From Flavobacteriales bacterium (GTDB taxonomy: Bacteria > Bacteroidota > Bacteroidia > Palsa-965): 64,000 bases of DNA. The notes beneath the pieces are model-generated. The model was given only the letters and a program-made list of their open reading frames with translations. It did no database searches and was not told the origin of the DNA. Below are positions 59,894-64,000 of the stretch, one piece after another. The stretch spans positions 128,001 through 192,000 of the forward strand of contig JBEIPA010000008.1 in NCBI GenBank assembly GCA_040377305.1, in the 5' to 3' direction. Position 1 is the first letter of the stretch, and each line of letters opens with the position of its first letter. The position numbers and the translations under genes are program-made.

Positions 59894-62161
59894 CTATGCC
59901 TTTACGTTTGCGCGAATGATATTCAACGCACCGCCTGCTTTGAACCATTCAATCTGCTGCGCATTGTACGTGTGATTCACTTTGATCGAATCAGAAGTTC
60001 CGTCTGCGTGATTGAGCACAACTGTAAGTGCAGTGTTTGGTGTAAATGAAGTCAACCCGATGATGTCGATAGAATCGTTCTCCTGAATCTTATCGTAATC
60101 CGCTTTGTCGTTGAACGTAAGCGCGAGCATTCCTTGCTTCTTCAGGTTTGTTTCGTGAATACGTGCGAACGACTTAACAAGCACCGCACGAACTCCAAGG
60201 TGACGTGGTTCCATCGCTGCGTGTTCGCGTGAAGAGCCTTCACCATAGTTTTCATCTCCAACTACGATTGAACCGATCTTATTCGCTTTGTACGCACGCT
60301 GAACTTTCGGAACACCTTCGTAAGTACCGGTAAGCTGGTTCTTCACGTTGTCTGTTTTCTCGTTGAAGAAATTCACAGCACCAATCAACATATTGTTTGA
60401 AATGTTGTCGAGGTGACCGCGATATTTCAGCCACGGACCTGCCATTGAAATGTGATCGGTTGTACACTTACCTTTTGCTTTGATGAGAAGCTTCAATCCT
60501 TTCAGATCAATTCCTTCCCATGGAGCGAATGGATCAAGAAGCTGAAGACGATCTGAAGTTGGTGATACAGCTACTTCAACATTGCTGCCATCTGCAGCGG
60601 GTGCCTGATAACCTGCATCTTCCACTGCGAATCCGCGCGTTGGTAATTCGTCACCAGATGGTTCGTCGAGTTTTACTTTCTCCCCTTTTTCATTCACGAG
60701 ATAATCTGTGATCGGATTGAAAGTAAGATCGCCGGCAATTGCAAGTGCTGTTACCAATTCAGGTGACGCAACAAATGCGAACGTGTTTGGATTTCCATCA
60801 GCGCGTTTTGCGAAGTTGCGGTTGAATGAGTGAACAATCGTGTTTTTTTCTTGCTTCTCTGCTCCCACACGATCCCACATTCCGATGCAAGGACCGCACG
60901 CATTCGTAAATACTTTTGCGCCGATCTCATCAAATATTTTCAGGAATCCATCGCGATTGATTGTGAAGCGGATTGTTTCTGATCCCGGGTTTATGCAGTA
61001 TTCTGCTTTTGCTTTCAGTCCTTTTGCAGAAACCTGCTTCGCGATTGAAACCGCGCGTGATATATCTTCATACGAAGAGTTGGTGCAGGAACCGATCAGA
61101 CCAACTTCTACTTTCGTTGGCCAGCCGTTTGCAGCAGCAACTTCTTTCATCTTGCTGATTGGTGTTGCCAGATCCGGAGTGAATGGACCATTCAGGTGAG
61201 GCTCGAGATCAGAAAGATTGATTTCAATTACCTGATCGAAATATTTATTCGGAGATGCATATACTTCCGGATCAGCAGTAAGGTGAGCTTTCACGCCATT
61301 GGCAAGATCAGCCACTTCATTGCGTCCTGTTGCACGGAGGTAACGCTCCATCGATTCATCGTAACCGAATGTTGAAGTAGTTGCTCCGATTTCTGCACCC
61401 ATGTTACAGATCGTTCCTTTACCTGTGCAGCTCAATGCGATTGCACCTTCACCGAAGTATTCTACGATTGCTCCAGTTCCACCTTTCACAGTGAGAATGC
61501 CAGCCACTTTCAGGATGACATCTTTCGGTGCTGTCCAGCCGCTTAGTTTTCCGGTAAGCTTTACGCCAATGAGTTTCGGAAACTTAAGCTCCCAGGGAAG
61601 TCCAGCCATTACGTCGCATGCATCAGCACCGCCAACACCAATAGCAACCATGCCGAGACCGCCTGCATTTACCGTATGAGAATCTGTACCGATCATCATG
61701 CCACCCGGGAACGCATAGTTTTCGAGAACAACCTGGTGAATAATTCCAGCACCTGGTTTCCAGAATCCGATGCCGTATTTGTTGGAAACAGAAGCGAGAA
61801 AGTCGAATACTTCACGGCTCTCTTTCGTTGCCACTGCTAAGTCCGGAGAAGCTCCGTCTTTCGCAGTAATCAGGTGATCGCAATGTGCAGTAGAAGGAAC
61901 AGCAACTTTCTTGCGTCCGGCCTGCATGAACTGCAGCAATGCCATTTGTGCTGTTGCATCCTGCATCGCCACGCGATCCGGATTAAAATCAACGTAATCT
62001 TTTCCGCGCTCGAATGGCTTTGCAGGCATAGCATCGACTAAGTGCGAGTAAAGAATTTTTTCTGTGAGTGTGAGCGGACGTCCAGCGAGTTTACGTGCAG
62101 CTTCAACTTTCGCGGGCAAAGCGCCGTAGACCCGCTTAATCATGTCAAGATCAAAAACCAT
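59894..62161 (-). CDS. acnA: Aconitate hydratase (mitochondrial-like type)
   Basis: [45 protein letters not shown]. Confidence 0.93.
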   Translation of the reverse strand: MVFDLDMIKRVYGALPAKVEAARKLAGRPLTLTEKILYSHLVDAMPAKPFERGKDYVDFNPDRVAMQDATAQMALLQFMQAGRKKVAVPSTAHCDHLITAKDGASPDLAVATKESREVFDFLASVSNKYGIGFWKPGAGIIHQVVLENYAFPGGMMIGTDSHTVNAGGLGMVAIGVGGADACDVMAGLPWELKFPKLIGVKLTGKLSGWTAPKDVILKVAGILTVKGGTGAIVEYFGEGAIALSCTGKGTICNMGAEIGATTSTFGYDESMERYLRATGRNEVADLANGVKAHLTADPEVYASPNKYFDQVIEINLSDLEPHLNGPFTPDLATPISKMKEVAAANGWPTKVEVGLIGSCTNSSYEDISRAVSIAKQVSAKGLKAKAEYCINPGSETIRFTINRDGFLKIFDEIGAKVFTNACGPCIGMWDRVGAEKQEKNTIVHSFNRNFAKRADGNPNTFAFVASPELVTALAIAGDLTFNPITDYLVNEKGEKVKLDEPSGDELPTRGFAVEDAGYQAPAADGSNVEVAVSPTSDRLQLLDPFAPWEGIDLKGLKLLIKAKGKCTTDHISMAGPWLKYRGHLDNISNNMLIGAVNFFNEKTDNVKNQLTGTYEGVPKVQRAYKANKIGSIVVGDENYGEGSSREHAAMEPRHLGVRAVLVKSFARIHETNLKKQGMLALTFNDKADYDKIQENDSIDIIGLTSFTPNTALTVVLNHADGTSDSIKVNHTYNAQQIEWFKAGGALNIIRANVKA

Positions 62162-62218
62162 TTTGAGAGGATATAGTGTAAGTGAGAAATCTCATTTGAG
62201 TGGTACAAATTTAACAAT

Positions 62219-62311
62219 TAGACGGGAGACGACAGACGGGAGACGGGAGAAAAAGACCGAGAACTCATGAACTTTTAAACTACTCCCGTCTGGCGTCTGA
62301 TGCCTGTCGTC
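62219..62311. repeat. Heptamer-based inverted repeat element (AGACGGG family)
   Basis: AGACGGGAGACGACAGACGGGAGACGGGAG versus CTCCCGTCTGGCGTCTGATGCCTGTCGTCT. Confidence 0.75.
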
Positions 62312-62332
62312 TAAACCGTACCTTTGTACGGT

Positions 62333-63571
62333 ATGAATTCCCGCTCGCTTGAGAATATCAGGGTTGCTTTGTCCTCCATTAAGGGGCAGATGCTTCGGGC
62401 TGTACTTACTATGATCATCATTGCGCTTGGAATTGCAGCACTGGTGGGCATCCTCTCATCGATTGACGTGATTAAAGGCTCGCTGAACAGCAACTTCAGT
62501 AGCATGGGTGCAAACACCTTTACCATTCGGAATAAAGAAACGGTAGTACGTATTGGCAGAAGCGGTAAACAGCCCCGCCGTCACAAGTCAATTAACTTTG
62601 AGGAAGCAATGGCTTTCTCGAATCAGTTCGAGTTTCCGGGGACGGTTTCAGTTTCTACAATTGCTTCCTGGTCTTCAACGCTCAAATACAAATCAGAGAA
62701 ATCGAATCCGAATGTGCAGGTTTTCGGAACGGATGTAAATTACCTCGACGTTTCCGGATACTCGCTCGACAAAGGACGCAATTTCACTCCGCAGGAAGTT
62801 CACGATGGTACGCACGTAGCCATTCTTGGAAAAGACATGGTGAGCGAGCTTTTTAAAAAAGAAGATCCGCTCAATAAAGTAATCAGTGTGGGTGCCAACA
62901 AGTATGTGGTGATCGGTGTGCTCGCTGCAAAAGGCAATTCGATGGGAATGGGCGGAGATAAAATTGTGCTCCTACCCATAGAAAACGTACGCGTGTATTT
63001 CTCTCGTCCTGATATGACGTATACGATCAACGTGCTTACGGAAGGACCCGGTCTCATGGATGCAACAATCGGTGAAGCGATCGGCGAGTTCCGTACAATC
63101 CGCAAGCTGCAACCTCAGGATGAAGACAATTTCGAGATTACCAAAAGCGATAGTGTTGCAACCACACTTATCGATAATCTCCAATATGTTTCCTGGGGCG
63201 CAACCATTATCGGAATCATAACGCTACTGGGAGCGGCAATCGGATTGATGAATATCATGCTGGTTTCAGTCACTGAGCGTACCAAGGAAATTGGCACCAG
63301 AATGGCTTTGGGTGCAACCCGAAGAGCAATCCGAAATCAGTTCATCGTAGAAGCTATTGTAATCTGTCAGCTCGGTGGTTTGATCGGAATTCTACTTGCA
63401 ATGATTTTTTCGGGATTGATTTCTTACGGCATGGGCGGCGCTTTTCTTATGCCTTGGATGTGGATTTTCCTCGGATTAGGAATCTGCTTCGTGGTAGGCA
63501 TGATTTCCGGAATTTACCCTGCTGTTAAAGCCTCAAATCTTGACCCAATTGAGGCTTTACGCCACGAATAG
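62333..63571 (+). CDS. ABC transporter permease (MacB/FtsX family)
   Basis: GRNF, GLMNIMLVSVTERTKEIGTRMALGA, YPAVKASNLDPIEALR. Confidence 0.93.
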   Translation: MNSRSLENIRVALSSIKGQMLRAVLTMIIIALGIAALVGILSSIDVIKGSLNSNFSSMGANTFTIRNKETVVRIGRSGKQPRRHKSINFEEAMAFSNQFEFPGTVSVSTIASWSSTLKYKSEKSNPNVQVFGTDVNYLDVSGYSLDKGRNFTPQEVHDGTHVAILGKDMVSELFKKEDPLNKVISVGANKYVVIGVLAAKGNSMGMGGDKIVLLPIENVRVYFSRPDMTYTINVLTEGPGLMDATIGEAIGEFRTIRKLQPQDEDNFEITKSDSVATTLIDNLQYVSWGATIIGIITLLGAAIGLMNIMLVSVTERTKEIGTRMALGATRRAIRNQFIVEAIVICQLGGLIGILLAMIFSGLISYGMGGAFLMPWMWIFLGLGICFVVGMISGIYPAVKASNLDPIEALRHE

Positions 63572-63645
63572 GCCGCTTGAGAATTCGCTGATAAAAAACT
63601 CTGTTTCCATAATATCCAGTCAATCCGCTTCTACTATATTTAACC

Positions 63646-64000
63646 ATGGCTCCACTAGTTACTCTTTACTTTATACCGATCGGCTTAATTATTGTCGTGA
63701 TCATTGCAATCGTTCGTTTGATTATTCGTGCATCCAGCGGCGGCAACTCAAATGCGAACAACACGAATTATACAAACTATCGTCAACCGCCGAATACCGG
63801 ACAGCCTGGTCAGCAGAATCCGTATAACACCGAACAAAATCCTTATGGGCAAAATCCGAATCCGTATCAGACGAATCCAAATCCGTATGTGAATCCGGCT
63901 GATCCGAACGCACCTCCTCCACCTCCGCCTGCATGGCAGAATCCGGGAACGTATCAGCAACCTGATTACACACAACCGAACTACACACAACCTGATTACA
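63646..64000 (+). CDS. Membrane-anchored Pro/Gln/Asn/Tyr-rich protein (3' end cut by window edge)
   Basis: MAPLVTLYFIPIGLIIVVIIAIVRLII TM, then QNPY repeats, poly-Pro and 15-bp QPDYT/QPNYT repeats; no stop before 64000. Confidence 0.7.
   Translation, partial: MAPLVTLYFIPIGLIIVVIIAIVRLIIRASSGGNSNANNTNYTNYRQPPNTGQPGQQNPYNTEQNPYGQNPNPYQTNPNPYVNPADPNAPPPPPPAWQNPGTYQQPDYTQPNYTQPDY

Overview
A 64-kb chromosomal segment of a Bacteroidota bacterium, judged from TAnnTTTG-type -7 promoters, T9SS cargo proteins and proS/lpxK/Nif3 synteny. It is mostly housekeeping and envelope genes (gap, lpxH, gatB, punA, lpxK, proS, tRNA-Glu, rmuC, lipA, ung, hemE, lhgO, aconitase) plus secreted proteins and tandem paralog pairs. 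I found no CRISPR, prophage, integrase or classical transposase. The unexplained signal is a dense set of small palindromic elements. (i) A GxxExxY (PD-(D/E)XK-like) gene is bracketed by ~105-bp inverted units made of fixed-spaced conserved boxes and variable spacers, amplified to three copies upstream. (ii) Four ~150-bp hairpin elements are built from three interchangeable half-modules (A/B, B/C, A/B, C/A). (iii) Short 7-9-mer inverted-repeat elements recur, and one encloses a two-gene cargo. (iv) Near-identical 27-30-bp palindromes sit in frame at the same codon of two divergent paralogs. Together these suggest, by inference only, a non-transposase, possibly GxxExxY-driven, REP/REPIN-like mobility system. 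Also notable are a His-to-Asn change at the catalytic His of GAPDH and an unannotated 42-aa lipoprotein.
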